From contig NC_043008.1 of the NCBI RefSeq assembly GCF_006345805.1, forward strand, positions 53,196,001 to 53,260,000: 64,000 nucleotides of DNA, in the 5' to 3' direction. This DNA is from Octopus sinensis. Taxonomy: Eukaryota. Shown here one piece after another: positions 26,125-38,967 of the stretch. The notes under the pieces were generated by a model. It had not been told where the DNA came from, did not search any database, and saw nothing but the letters and a program-made list of their open reading frames with translations. How positions within the stretch are numbered: the first letter of the stretch is position 1; every line of letters begins with the position of its first letter. Made by a program: the position numbers and the translations under genes.

Positions 26125-26138
26125 TAATAATGAAGATG

Positions 26139-26196
<58 letters not shown>

Positions 26197-26205
26197 TGAT
26201 AATAA

Positions 26206-26245
<40 letters not shown>

Positions 26246-26246
26246 G

Positions 26247-26298
<52 letters not shown>

Positions 26299-26603
26299 TA
26301 ATAATAATAATAGGCCTGAGATTTGTGGGGAGAGGACTAGTCGATTACATCGCCCCCAGTGTTTCACTGGTACTTAATTTATCAACCCCCAAAAGGATGA
26401 AAGGCAAAGTCGACCTCAGCGGATTTTGAACTCAGTACATAAGGACGGACGAAATGCCACAAGGTATTTCATCCGGCTTAACAACAATTCTGCCAGCTTG
26501 CGGCCTAAATGATAATAATAATAATAATTATAATTATAATAATAATAATAATGATGATGATGATGATGATGATGATAATAATGATAATAATAAATATGAT
26601 AAC

Positions 26604-26641
<38 letters not shown>

Positions 26642-26670
26642 TAATAATAATAAAGATAATAATAATAATA

Positions 26671-26702
<32 letters not shown>

Positions 26703-26727
26703 AATAATAAAGATGATGATAATAATA

Positions 26728-26759
<32 letters not shown>

Positions 26760-26800
26760 AATAATAATAATGATAATAATAATAATAATAATAATAATCC
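26125..26800. repeat. (AAT)n/(GAT)n arrays interrupted by a - strand family B SINE (about 26310-26505)
   Basis: Direct reading. Confidence 0.9.
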
Positions 26801-27119
26801 TTTCTGCTGGAGGCACAAGGCCCCAAATTTGTGAGAAGGGGACTTGTTGATTACATTGACCCCAGTGTTTCACAATAATCAGAATTAAAATGATGGTTTC
26901 TAATTTTGGCACAAGGCCAGCAATTTTTGGGGAAGGGGTAAGACAATTACATCAACCTCAGTATTCAACTGGTACTGATTTTACTGACCCTGAAAGGAGG
27001 AAAGGTATAGTCGGCCTCAGCAAAATTTGAAATAATAAAAATAATAAGCAGCGAGGTGGTAGAAACGTTAACGTGTGGTGCGGAATGCTTAACGGTATTT
27101 CGTCTGTCTTTAAATTATA

Positions 27120-27845
27120 GGCGTAGGAGTGGCTGTGTGGTAAGTAGCTTGCTTGCCAACCACATAGTTTCGAGTTCAGTCCCACTACATAGCACCTTGG
27201 ACAAGTGTCTTCTACTATACACTCGGGCCGATCAAAGCCTTGTGAGTGGATTTGGTAGACAGAAACTAAAAGAAGTCCGTCGTATATATGTATGTGTCTG
27301 TCGTCGTATATATATGTATATATATGTATGTGTGCGTGTATGTTTGTGTGTCTGTGTTTGTCCCCCTAGCATTGCTTGACAACCGATGCTGGTGTGTTTA
27401 TGTCCCCGTCACTTAGCGGTTCGGCAAAAGAGACCGATAGAATAAGTACTGGATTTACAAAGAATAAGTCCCGGGGTCGAGTTACTTGACTAAAGGTGGT
27501 GCTCCAGCATGGCTGCAGTCAAATGACTGAAATAAGTAAAAGAGTAAAAGAGTAAATATGTTCGTGTGTCTGTGTTTGTCCTCCCTAACATCGCTTGACA
27601 ACCGTCGTATATATGTATGTGTGTGTGGGGGGTGCATGTTTGTGTGTCTGGGTTTTTTCCTCCCAACATCTCTTGATGTTGGTGCGTTTATGTTCCCCGT
27701 AACTTAGCAGTTCAGCAAAATAGATTAATAGAAAAAGCACTAGGCTTACAAAGAATAAGTCCTGGGGTTGATTTGCTCGACTAAAGGCAGTGCTCCAGCA
27801 TGACCACAGTCAAATGACTGAAACAGGTAAAAGAGTAAAAGAGTA
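27120..27845 (+). mobile_element. SINE family A (27120-27556) followed by extra 3'-module copies
   Basis: Family A motifs. Confidence 0.85.
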
Positions 27846-27872
27846 ATAATACTAATGATAATAATAATAATA

Positions 27873-27907
<35 letters not shown>

Positions 27908-27940
27908 GCAAAAGCAATAATAGCAATAATAATAATAATA

Positions 27941-28264
27941 ATGATAGCAAAAGGGGCTGATAGCTACCTAACTCAGATACCAGGAAACCCCAAAATGGCA
28001 GAAATTCAAAAGATAGTGCTCATGGGAACTGTTCATATCCTATGCAAAATACTTTCTATGCAATCTCAAGGTTTAAAACAAACATAATTTTCGGTTTAAA
28101 AAAATTTTTTTTTTCGACATTCATTAGTACAACCCCCCCCCCCCCGCATATATATGGCACACTAGGCATAACAACAACATGAACTTCCAACCTGTTGTCT
28201 CTTGAGGTCTCTGGGTGAGACTTGGAGCCAACTTGTACAAATATAAAGCAAAAGTCAAACATAG
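27941..28264 (+). mobile_element. 3' end of an R4/Dong-type non-LTR retrotransposon in a (TAA)n array
   Basis: Peptide MIAKGADSYLTQIPGNPKMAEIQKIVLMGTVHILCKILS is homologous to the C-terminus of the 60-kb RLE fragment; (TAA)n on both flanks. Confidence 0.75.
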
Positions 28265-28496
28265 AATAATAATAATAATAATAAGTAGTTATATTGTCTG
28301 AGCAATACCATATTGTGTAATTGTAATACCATCATGATACATGTCACATGTCAAAAATTTCTGATACTAGCCGATTATTAACTAATAATGATAATCTTCA
28401 CTCAAAAATTGCTATATAGATTGTTTCTTCTTTCTCTTTCTTTTTTTTCTTCTCTCTTTTTTTTTTTTTTTTTTCTTCACCCCCGACCGATCAAAG

Positions 28497-28624
28497 CTAA
28501 AAAATGCTGCTGCAAATGTATTACGAGAAACCTGGCTTATTTATAAATACACTAAACTTGTGAAAAAAGTCAACGCTAGCAGAGTTCGGAGTCACCAAAG
28601 AAAATTTCTTCAAGCCATTCACAG
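28497..28624 (+). CDS. KCNN: SK channel exon: CaM-binding domain ([42 protein letters not shown] + AG)
   Basis: Matches the [20 protein letters not shown]...[10 protein letters not shown] motif; long polypyrimidine tract with aag acceptor, gtaacc donor; 128 nt, phase 0-2; continues the frame of the previous exon. Not in the ORF track. Confidence 0.96.
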
Positions 28625-29357
28625 GTAACCATAACTTGTTGTTGCTGTTGTTGTTCTTGTTGTTGTTGTTGTTTTTGTTTTGTTTATGTTTATGAAAGTA
28701 AAACACTAAGGGACACATTTTAGGGATTCACTAAGAATCACTTAACAGCAATTCTCTAAGGATCGCACAAAAATAATTCACTAAATATCCCAGACTGGGT
28801 ATCCCTGAAACATTTGATTAAAAATCAATCATGAACAATTGATTATGGATTCTGCACACGAATCCAATAAGGATCACACACCAGCAATCCCATAAGAATT
28901 ACTGTCAAAGGATCAGGTAAGGTTCACACACAAGTAACTATGTAATGATCAAACACTAGCAATCACCTAAGGATCACACACCAAAAATTCAATCCTTTTA
29001 GGTCCTTTCAAATAAGGGCCACATGGCAGCAAAATTAAACTAAAGCACCATCATGTTACCCATACGTAAAACCTAGAAATAATTTCCAACAAACAGTGAA
29101 GCTGGGGAGTGGGGTGAGGAATGAAGGGACAAGTAGGAGAGCAAGGGGTGAGAGGGGGTGAACGATGAGATGGGGCAAGGGGGTTAGGGGTGAGGCGAGG
29201 AGGAGATGGCGAGGCGATGGTGGGGATGAGAGGTGAGTGTTGAAGATGTTAGGGAGGTCCATCCATCCATCCCAGGCGATGCTTTTTATGATGGAAACTG
29301 CAGTTGTGGGTCTCCTGTATAAGCCTGCATAGAGATGAGGAGGCGAGGGAGATGATG

Positions 29358-29389
<32 letters not shown>

Positions 29390-29786
29390 GATGATGATGA
29401 CGACGATGATCACAGTGATGATGATGATGATGATGATGGTGGTGGTGATGATAAATTGGAGTAGGAGGAGGAGGAAGAGGAGGTTGAGGGGGTTGTGGTT
29501 GAAAACAATCGCCTCAGGTGCCATGCAATGGGATAGAACCTGAAACGACCGAGTTGTGAAGCGAATGCCGAAGCTACACACCTGTGCCTGATTACTAAAG
29601 TGAAACAATCCAGCAATCAATTATGGTAATGCAACATCACTTCCACCATCGCGTTTCATTCTGAGTTCAAATCCCACTTGATCTCTGTCCGTCCTGCATC
29701 CTTCTGGGATCCATAAAATAAATACCAATCAATTACACTGATTCCAATCAAATATTGCTATCAATGGAAATCAGTACTACCCACCA

Positions 29787-29787
<1 letters not shown>

Positions 29788-29819
<32 letters not shown>

Positions 29820-30003
29820 AGCCTCTCTGTCATGTTAAAATCTACCTATCAGCCTGTCTGTCTGTCTCTCTCTCTCTCTGTCTGTCTCTCACCCTCTCTC
29901 TCACTCTAAAATCTATCTGTCTGTCTGTTTGTCTTCTCTTTCTCTCCTCCTCTCTCTCACCCTAAAATCTATCAGTCTGTCTGTCTGTCTATCTGTCGGT
30001 TTG

Positions 30004-30038
<35 letters not shown>

Positions 30039-30294
30039 TCTCTTTGACCCTCTGATTCACCCTAAAATCTATCTGTTTATCTCTCTCTCTCTCCTCCTCT
30101 CTCTCACCCTAAAATCTATCAGTCTGTCTGTATATCTGTTTGTCTTCTCTCTCTCTCTCTCACCCTGTCTCTCACCCTAAAATCTATCTATCTATCTATC
30201 TATCTATCTATATCTATCTATCTATCATCTATCTCTATCTGTCTATCTATCTATCTATCTATCTGTCTATCTACCTAACTATCTAACTATCTAA

Positions 30295-30361
<67 letters not shown>

Positions 30362-30403
30362 ACTATCTATCTGTCTATCTATCTAACTATCTAACTATCT
30401 AAA

Positions 30404-30476
<73 letters not shown>

Positions 30477-30660
30477 GTCTATCTATCTCTCCCTCTCTCT
30501 CTCTCTGACCCTCTGTCTCGCCCTAAAATCTATCTGTCTGTTTGTTTTCTGTCTCTCTCTCTCTCTCACCCTCTCTCTCATCCTAAAATCTCTCTCCCCC
30601 TCTCTCTCTCCCCTCTCTCTCTCCCCTCTCTCTCTCCCCTCTCTCTCTCCCCTCTCTCTT
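29788..30660. repeat. (CT)n/(CTGT)n/(TATC)n compound with a recurring ccctaaaatctatc unit
   Basis: Direct reading. Confidence 0.9.
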
Positions 30661-31528
30661 CGAACTTCTGGTGTATTGGTACATGTGTGTGTTTGTGTTT
30701 GTGTATCTGTTTTTAAGTATGCACATGTACTTGTGCATGTGAGAATATGTATGCGTGTTTGAGAATGTGCATGTGTTTGCACACACACCTGAGTGTATGT
30801 GTATCTGTGTATCTGTGTTTGAGTCTTCACATGCATATGTAAATGTGTGTGCGTACGTGTAAATGATCAGTTGTGACAGTAAGCAACCATTTTTCTATAT
30901 TTATTTTTTACCTGTACATGAGAAGAAAAAATAAATGAAATATGGAAAGTAACTTTGCAGCACCGCAACATCCAGTTGTTTGCGGACAGGTCAGACAAAG
31001 TGAAAGCCATCTGTGTGCACATTGACAGCAGAGAGAGACCCAAGAGGGGATCAATCAATTCTGTAAATTAAAGATAGGTGAAATACAAGGAGGACAGCAA
31101 TGCCAGAAGATTCTCATCCAATTGTGACGTTTCTGATTTCCTTCTAAATCAAAAACTTTTCCACAACTGGCTAAAAATACAAGTACTGGTTTCAAATTTT
31201 AGCACAATGCCAGCAATTTCAGGGAAGGAGTTTAGGCACGTGACTTAGTGTTTAAGGGCATTTGGCTCATGATCGTAAGGTCATGAGTTTAATTCCTGTC
31301 GGTGCGTTGTGTCCTTGAGCAAGACACTTTATTTCACGTTGCTCCAGTCCACTCAGCCGGCAAAAATGAGTTGTACCTCTATTTCAAAGGGTCAGCTTTG
31401 TCAGACTCTGTGTCATGCTGAATCTCCCCGAGAACTACATTAAGGGTACATGTGTTTGTGGAGTGCTCAGCCACTTGCACGTTTTTACGAGCAAAGCTGT
31501 TCCGTTGATCGTATCAGCTGGGAGTGAA

Positions 31529-31893
31529 GGTGGCGAGCTGGCAGAATCGTTAGCACACTGGGTGAAATGTTTAGTGGTATTTCGTCTGCCGCTACGTTCT
31601 GAGTTCAAATTCCGCCGAGGTCGACTTTGCCTTTCATCCTTTCGGGGTCGATAAATTAAATACCGTTACACACGGGGTCGATGTAATCGACTTAATTCAT
31701 GTGTCTGTCCTTGTTTGTCTCCTCTGTGTTTAGCCCCTTGTGGGTAGTAAAGAAATAGATTGACCCCAGTGCTTAACTGGTACTTATATTATCAACCCGA
31801 AAGGGTGAAAGGCAATGCTGACATTAGCAGAATTTGAACTCAGAATGTAAAGAAGGACAAAATGCTATTAAGCATTTCTGCCAAGCGCACCAC
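31529..31893. mobile_element. Family B SINE (+, 31529-31758) abutting an inverted partial copy (-, 31759-31893)
   Basis: Family B motifs on both strands. Confidence 0.8.
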
Positions 31894-32025
31894 CTTAAAT
31901 AATACAAAGAATAAAGAGAATAAAAGTTAAGGACTTGTAGGGATGTGGTTATGCAACCCATGATATACTATAAAGTACGGGATTGGCCAAAAGTCACCTG
32001 ACAGTAAATCAAAACATATGTATGC

Positions 32026-32062
<37 letters not shown>

Positions 32063-32717
32063 TGTGTGTGTGTGTGTTATTGTCTCCTTGCTTTGCCTTT
32101 GTGTGATATTGTTAAATGGATTTCTCAGTCTTGCAAGTTGTGTCCTTCATTGTCCAGTAATCCATGGAAAACATGTTTACTCAAGCAGAAGTAAAAAAAC
32201 TTTTCCTAGGAAATGGTTGTTAAGGGTTAGCAACTGGAAGGGTCTCCAGCTGTAAAAGAAATCCAGCTGAACAAGATGTACCCAGCAAGCATGGAAAAGT
32301 GGATATTAAATGAGGGGACGGGAGGGGACAGGAGGGGAAGGAAAGGGACTGGGGAGAGAGTGGAGGTAAGAGAGGAGACATGGGGGGAGGCAAGAGGGAA
32401 GGGCAAAGCTGGGATGGGGAAGGTGGGGAAAAGGGGAAGGCAGATGGGTCATAGGAGGGGGAGGTAAAAGGAGGGAGAGAGGGAAGAAGGAGATGAGGAA
32501 TGTGGTAAGGGGAGGGGAGGGGAAGGAAAGGTGGATGAGATGGGCTATTATAATGAAGGTGATGTTGGTGATGATGATGGTGGTATTGGTGATGAAGATA
32601 GTAATGTTGATGATGATGATGGTGGTGACAGAGAAGAATGAGAATGTAAGTTTTTAAATGGCAGTTTTAGAATTCCTGTTTATTCCTAAAATGTGTTTTC
32701 TTTTTTCTGTTCTCCAG

Positions 32718-32787
32718 TCTTCGAAGAGTTAAAATGGATCAGAGGAAATTAAACGAAAACCAAAACACATTAGTGGATATGGCTAAG
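32718..32787 (+). CDS. KCNN: SK channel exon: distal CaM-binding domain (S-LRRVKMDQRKLNENQNTLVDMAK)
   Basis: Matches KCNN [23 protein letters not shown]; ctccag acceptor, gtgaga donor; 70 nt, phase 2-0, completing the Ser codon AG|T. MDQRKL is SK-like rather than IK/KCNN4-like (LKHRKL). Confidence 0.96.
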
Positions 32788-33219
32788 GTGAGAACTTCAT
32801 CTAATAAAATTTTTTTTGAATATCGTTGAAGTCGTAGGAGAATATATAAAAAAAAAAAGATAATAATAATAAATAAATAAATAAATAAATGAAATACATT
32901 TTTTTTCAAACTTGAATTCCTACCACGAATGGAACAAAACCAAATAGCCAATACATGAAAACATGTCATATTGATTTGGTAAAAAGAAACAAAAAGAAAA
33001 AGAAAAAAACACATACAAAACAAGAAAAGAGACGGGGGAGACAAACAGACAGACAGACAAAGAAACATTATGTCCGTTTCTAGATGAATGAGGTGTAAGT
33101 TTGGCTCAGTTGCTTATTTTATTACTAATCTAAACTTATATTCCATAACTGTGTGTGTGAGTGTATGTATGTACATGTATACATAAATAATGATGTATAT
33201 ATATACATAAATAATGATG

Positions 33220-33289
<70 letters not shown>

Positions 33290-33515
33290 TATATACATAC
33301 TTGAGAATGTATGTATATATGTGTGTGTGTATATATATATATACACATATGCATGCATATATCTATTGTGTAAACATATATATATATATATATTGTGTGT
33401 GAGATATAAATATACATGTATATATATGTATGAGTGTGTGTGCATATATTTATACTTATATGTATGTATATCTATATTTATATTATATATATATGGATAT
33501 ATATATATATATGTG

Positions 33516-33557
<42 letters not shown>

Positions 33558-35481
33558 AGTATATTGTGTGTATATATATAAAGAGGAAAAATAGAGTCTG
33601 TATGCACTAGAATTACAAATATGTAATACTAGTGAGATGACATAGATAACAATTAATGAAAAGGACAGCAAAGACACATGGAAATACCCCATCATCAGCT
33701 ATGTTATCCGGATTTATTATGGTTTCAGCACTAGAAAGTATGGTAATTGCTGTCTATGATGTCTCACTTTTAGTCGTATTCATGTGAGTGCAAGTTTGTG
33801 TATGTGTGTGTATATATCTTTTTAATAAGCTGCTCAAGTACATATGGAATTACCTGAGCAGTTTCTTAAAAAAATTTATTTTCAAATTCCTCAGTACTTT
33901 GAAAAAATCAAAACACATTCACACATACACACAAACATATGCATACAGACATATACTGCATACAACACACACATATATACTCACACACATAAATACATAT
34001 ATACATACACACATACACACACTGCACACAGCATACATACACACACATATATAGAATTATTTTTCACATAATTTTCTCTTTTCATCTCTCCCTCCCTCCC
34101 ATCCCCCTCTCTCATTCTTTCTTTCGCTTCCTCTTTTTCTCACTCTTTCTCTCTCTTATTCAACCCTTCATTTCACATATTTTCTCATCTATTATCATTA
34201 TTTATTCTTTTTGGAATTGGTACGCATCAGAATATATGCCTTGTATTTATTCTGACTCTTTGCCATCTGAATTCTAGTAACACAAAAATCAACTTGAACT
34301 TTCATTCTTCTGAGGTCAATGAAATATGGTACCAGTCATATATGAGGGTTGTTGTCAACAACTGTCTCCTCTTAAAATTGCTGACCTTTTGCCAGAATTT
34401 GAAGCCATTATTAAAGCAGTGAGAAGGCAGTGAGTTGGCAGAATCAGTAACACTTCAGACAAAACACTTTGTGGAATTTTGTCCATATTTATATTCTCAG
34501 TTCAAATTCTGGCACAGTCGACTTTGCTTTCATCCTTTCAGAATCGATGGCATAAATACCAGTTGAGCCATGGGGTTGATGTAATTGACTATCTCCCTCC
34601 CCATAAAATTTCAGGCCTTGTGCTGATAATAAAAAGGATTATTAAAGCCGTGTGGTGCTGGGTGGAAGAATCATCTGCATTTGGGGCAAATTCTTTAATG
34701 ACATTTCTCTTGACTTGATGTTCTAAGTTCAAATACTGCCAAAGTTGACCATGCCTTTCATGCAGGGGCTTTAAAAAACACAGTCAAGTACTGAGATTGA
34801 TGTAATCAACTTATGCTACCCCTAAAATTGCTGGCCTAGTCCCAAAATTTGAAAGAAAGAATTATTAGAGCAGTGAGGTAGCAGAACCATTAACATATTA
34901 GACAAAATTCTTAGTGAGATTTCTTCAAGCTTAATATTCTATGTTCAAATTTCCTGACCAGGTTTTGTGGAAGATGTCTGCTAAACTTGATTAGGCAATT
35001 TTAGATACATCAGAAAATATGTAAAATATCATTTCTAGAAAGTTATGTCTAATATTTTAAGATGTGTGAGGGATTTTATATGTATATATAAAACTTGGTA
35101 TATAAGACAACCCTATAACTTCCTATTAAAATATAGGCTTTGATCTATACTCACAGTATAAGACTACTTGGTGATATTTCACTCTTGATGAAGGTGGCCA
35201 GCCCACAGAATCATTAGTACGCCAAACAAAATGGTTAGCAGTATTTTGTCTGGTTTTATGTTCAAAGCTCAAATACCCTCGAAGTCAGCTTTGCTTTTCA
35301 TCTTTTCAGCATTGATAAAATAAGTACCAGCTGAGTGCTGGGGGCCAATGTAATCGATTTAATGTCCCGCCCCACAAACCAATATTTCACCACTGATGCA
35401 GTATCTGGGAGGTGCATATAGTGGAACCCAATACCTCTGTGACTGTGGAACATCATCATTTATCACCAAATGCTTTTTTAC

Positions 35482-35743
35482 TTAAATAAATAAATGCATC
35501 TTTTTAAAGCCTAGCCAAGCTCATGGGCCTGGTTTCCCGGTTTCTATGGTGTTTGTGTTCCCCAGCTGGACAGGACGCCAGTCCATTGCAGCGTTACTCA
35601 TTTTTACCAGTTGAGTAGACTGGAGCAACGTGAAATGAAGTGTTTTGCTCAAGAACACAATGCGTTGCCCGGTCCAGGAATCAAAACTACAACCTTACGA
35701 TCATGGTGCTGAGATCCTAACCACTAAGTCACGTACCTACACA
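35482..35743 (-). mobile_element. tRNA-derived SINE with 15-bp TSD
   Basis: TSD caaatgcttttttac at 35467-35481 and 35744-35758. Confidence 0.85.
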
Positions 35744-36253
35744 CAAATGCTTTTTTACCAAAGCTTTAATATACACTGATGAAATACACTGTATGTTTTG
35801 CTGTTAATCTATAAACTCCAACTTGTTTCATAAGATTACTGGTAGGATAGGATTGTGTTCAGATTGTACCACATTGGTCTTCGGTCCTGTCTATTCTAAT
35901 TAATTTAATTAGATCAGTAGGTTATAAAAGAATCATATTAACCAAATACATTTATTACAAAAACACACCTCTATATGTATATATATATATATATACGTTT
36001 TATTTATTATTTTGCACATTACTTAATCATCGTTATATGTTTTATCTTATATTTAATCTTTCTATAATATGTAATTTTCTAGATGGTATGATTTAATTTT
36101 TCATTATTGAATCGATAAAAGGTGGGTTTTTGTTCTAAGTTATATATATATATTATAGTTTGTAAAATTTGATTTACTATTTCTAAATTGAATTTTTCCC
36201 TGTAAGTTTGGAATAATATTCCCTCATATTATTATTATTATTATTATTATTTT

Positions 36254-36314
<61 letters not shown>

Positions 36315-36491
36315 CACCAGTATTCATATATCTAAAAATGAAGCATACACTAAAGCATTAGAGAAGTAATATATTTTGGTGGGGAAGTTAAAACATTTAA
36401 CTTCCCAAACATACATATATATATATATGAGCATGCCTAGATGTGCAATTATATGTATGAGAATACATACATGAAGCAAAACATACAAATC

Positions 36492-36694
36492 TGCACATAT
36501 AGGAGGAGAATTCAGGAAAAAAACAAAAGACGAAGACAGGTGGTGTAGAAAACAAACAGATGTATTAGTATAACGCTCAGGAATTGAAAAAGCCTTTTAC
36601 GTTTCGAGCCTATGCTCTTCCACAGAAAGGAACACAGAAAGAAACAAGGAGAGGAAAAAAATTGTGTGTAGTGGCTACCGATCTATCATGGCAA
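36492..36694 (-). mobile_element. Hammerhead-bearing short element, family H2, second copy
   Basis: Reverse complement homologous to 14631-14836. Confidence 0.7.
36593..36630 (-). ncRNA. Minimal hammerhead-like motif with variant core CUGUGGA
   Basis: Reverse complement: ccttt-CTGTGGA-a-gagc(atag)gctc-GAAAC-GTA-aaagg. Confidence 0.6.
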
Positions 36695-37719
36695 CATATA
36701 CCTGCACATATACCCTGTTGTTGATGTTGAAATTCCAGTGAAGGAACCTTGAATCTAGGTTAGAAACCGGCTCTTTCTCTATTGGCAAGAAACCTTGAAA
36801 TAAAACTGAACAATGACATACATATATATACACCCAAACACACAAACATTTGATTTACTAATTCACATTTTAAAATCAAATGAAAAAGTAAAGGTGTAAA
36901 TTTATGATATATTTTTCTGTTTAATATAACCTTATCATTAATCCAGCTTCCTAACATATCAGCTAAGTTTCAGTAGAAAATATCTGGTTGTCAGACTGTA
37001 GGAGCCATGCAAGTGTTTTATATTATTTTATTCTATTCTCCATTGCCACTGGTGACTTTCTAAGCTACAGTGTGTTAAGGTTCAAATTCTATACTCAGTA
37101 TCTAAGACAGCCCCCTATTTGGGGGAGACTTTTTTGTTATTATAGAAATTCCTATAGTATATAGTAACATATACAGTACTAACCACTATTGTAGAAGCAA
37201 TGCTTGGTTTTTGTTTTCTTAAGATGTGGATTGTCTGTGTTTTAGGTGAAATCAGAGAAGATTAAGTTGTTAAATCCTAATTGCAGGATAATGTTTGTTG
37301 TTATTCAAATTGATAATCCCTGGCCTTGAACTGTAATGATAAGCCTTGCTTATTGTTAAGCTTTTACACTAAAACTTGCTGAGATCAATTATTTTGGCTT
37401 CTGTGCAAATTTACTTTTGTGATTGTGTCATAAAGATGTTTCAATATCTTGCCAACAAGTTTTGCTCATCTTGGTGTTGTAGTTGTTGTTGTTGTGTTGT
37501 TGTTGTTGTTGTTGTTACTGTTGCTGCTGCTATTTTCTAGTCCCACTTCACGTCTGATCCGAGCCATTACAGAGGTGGCCAACCAGTCATTTAGAATTAC
37601 GATGTTTAACCCTTTAGCATTCAGATTGCTCTGTCAAATATGATGATCATTATTCATTTGCCTTGTTTTAATTAATCATGCATTTTCTTATAGCTTCAAT
37701 AATATTTTTATGATTGATA

Positions 37720-37892
37720 GGCACAGTAGTGGCTGTGTGGTAAGTAGCTTGCTTACCAACTACATGGTTCTGGGCTCAATCCCACTGCGTGGCACCTTGG
37801 GCAAGTGTCTTCTACTATAGCCTCAGGCCAACCAAAGCCTTGTGAGTGGATTTGGTAGACGGAAACTGAAAGAAGCCCGTCATATATATATG

Positions 37893-37927
<35 letters not shown>

Positions 37928-38131
37928 ATGTCTGTTTGTTCCCCCAACATCACTTGACAACCGATGCTGGTGTGTTTACATCCCCCGTAACTTAGCAGTT
38001 CAGCAAAAGAGATCGATAGAATAAGTACTAGGCTTACAAAGAATAAGTCCTGGGGTCGATTTGCTCGACTAAAGGTGGTGCTCCAGCATGGCCACAGTCA
38101 AATGACTGAAACAAGTAAAAGAGTAAAAGAG
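37720..38131 (+). mobile_element. SINE family A, full length
   Basis: Family A motifs. Confidence 0.9.
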
Positions 38132-38967
38132 ATTGTTTATTTTTAGAATGACATTGTAGAATAGGCATGAGGGACCAGATCTGGCCACTTTGAATATAAA
38201 ATAGGAATAACGTTGGGCCAGCTATGGTCAGTTCAAATGTTAAATGGTTAAAGTATCTTCTTCCTTAAAATGTAATTTGAGTGAATTTAGTGATTATTTC
38301 TAGCATGTTTTGTAGCTGTGTAAAGGTTCCTTTGTTGACTCATGCCATAGATTTCTTTCGTGACCTTCCCTTTTGGGAGTGGGAACTAAATCCTGCTGCT
38401 TTTTGCTTTACAGATTCTTTAATATATTCTAAAACCCCTTTTGTTGGGCTCTCATCGTAATTTTTGGACCCTTTAAATTCTCCATCTCTCTGGCCCCCAT
38501 TGACTTACACACCCCCCTTAATTGCTGTCCTTGTATCAAAATTTTTAACCGATAAGTATAAAATCTCAGTTTACTAATGACATCTAAATGACACCTTTCC
38601 TGTCAACAACCATTACAGAATCTACTAACAGTATTTTCTTGTAGCACCAGCATTAGAGAGGTTGTCAGGATCTTGGCTAAACAAAACTAAAAGTACCTCT
38701 CTGCTCCAAATGAGTGTGAGTATCTGTGTGTTTGTAGATGTGCATGTGTATGTATGTGTGTATGTGCACGAGTGTGTATGTCTATGTTGATCTTCAATTA
38801 TTGAAGAGAAACCAGTGTACAAATCCAGTGGCTTAGATGTTTAATTACTATATACTACATTGCATAATTCACTCCATCAACCAGCGTCGAGTCCTTTGCA
38901 TTGACAGTGGTCAACCATGTTCTATGAACAGGTGTCTGTTATATGAGTATACGTATGTGTGTATCTA

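Noticed and set aside
29950-30590. Telomere-like CCCTAA
   Set aside because: Only single hexamers inside a minisatellite anchor, never tandem.
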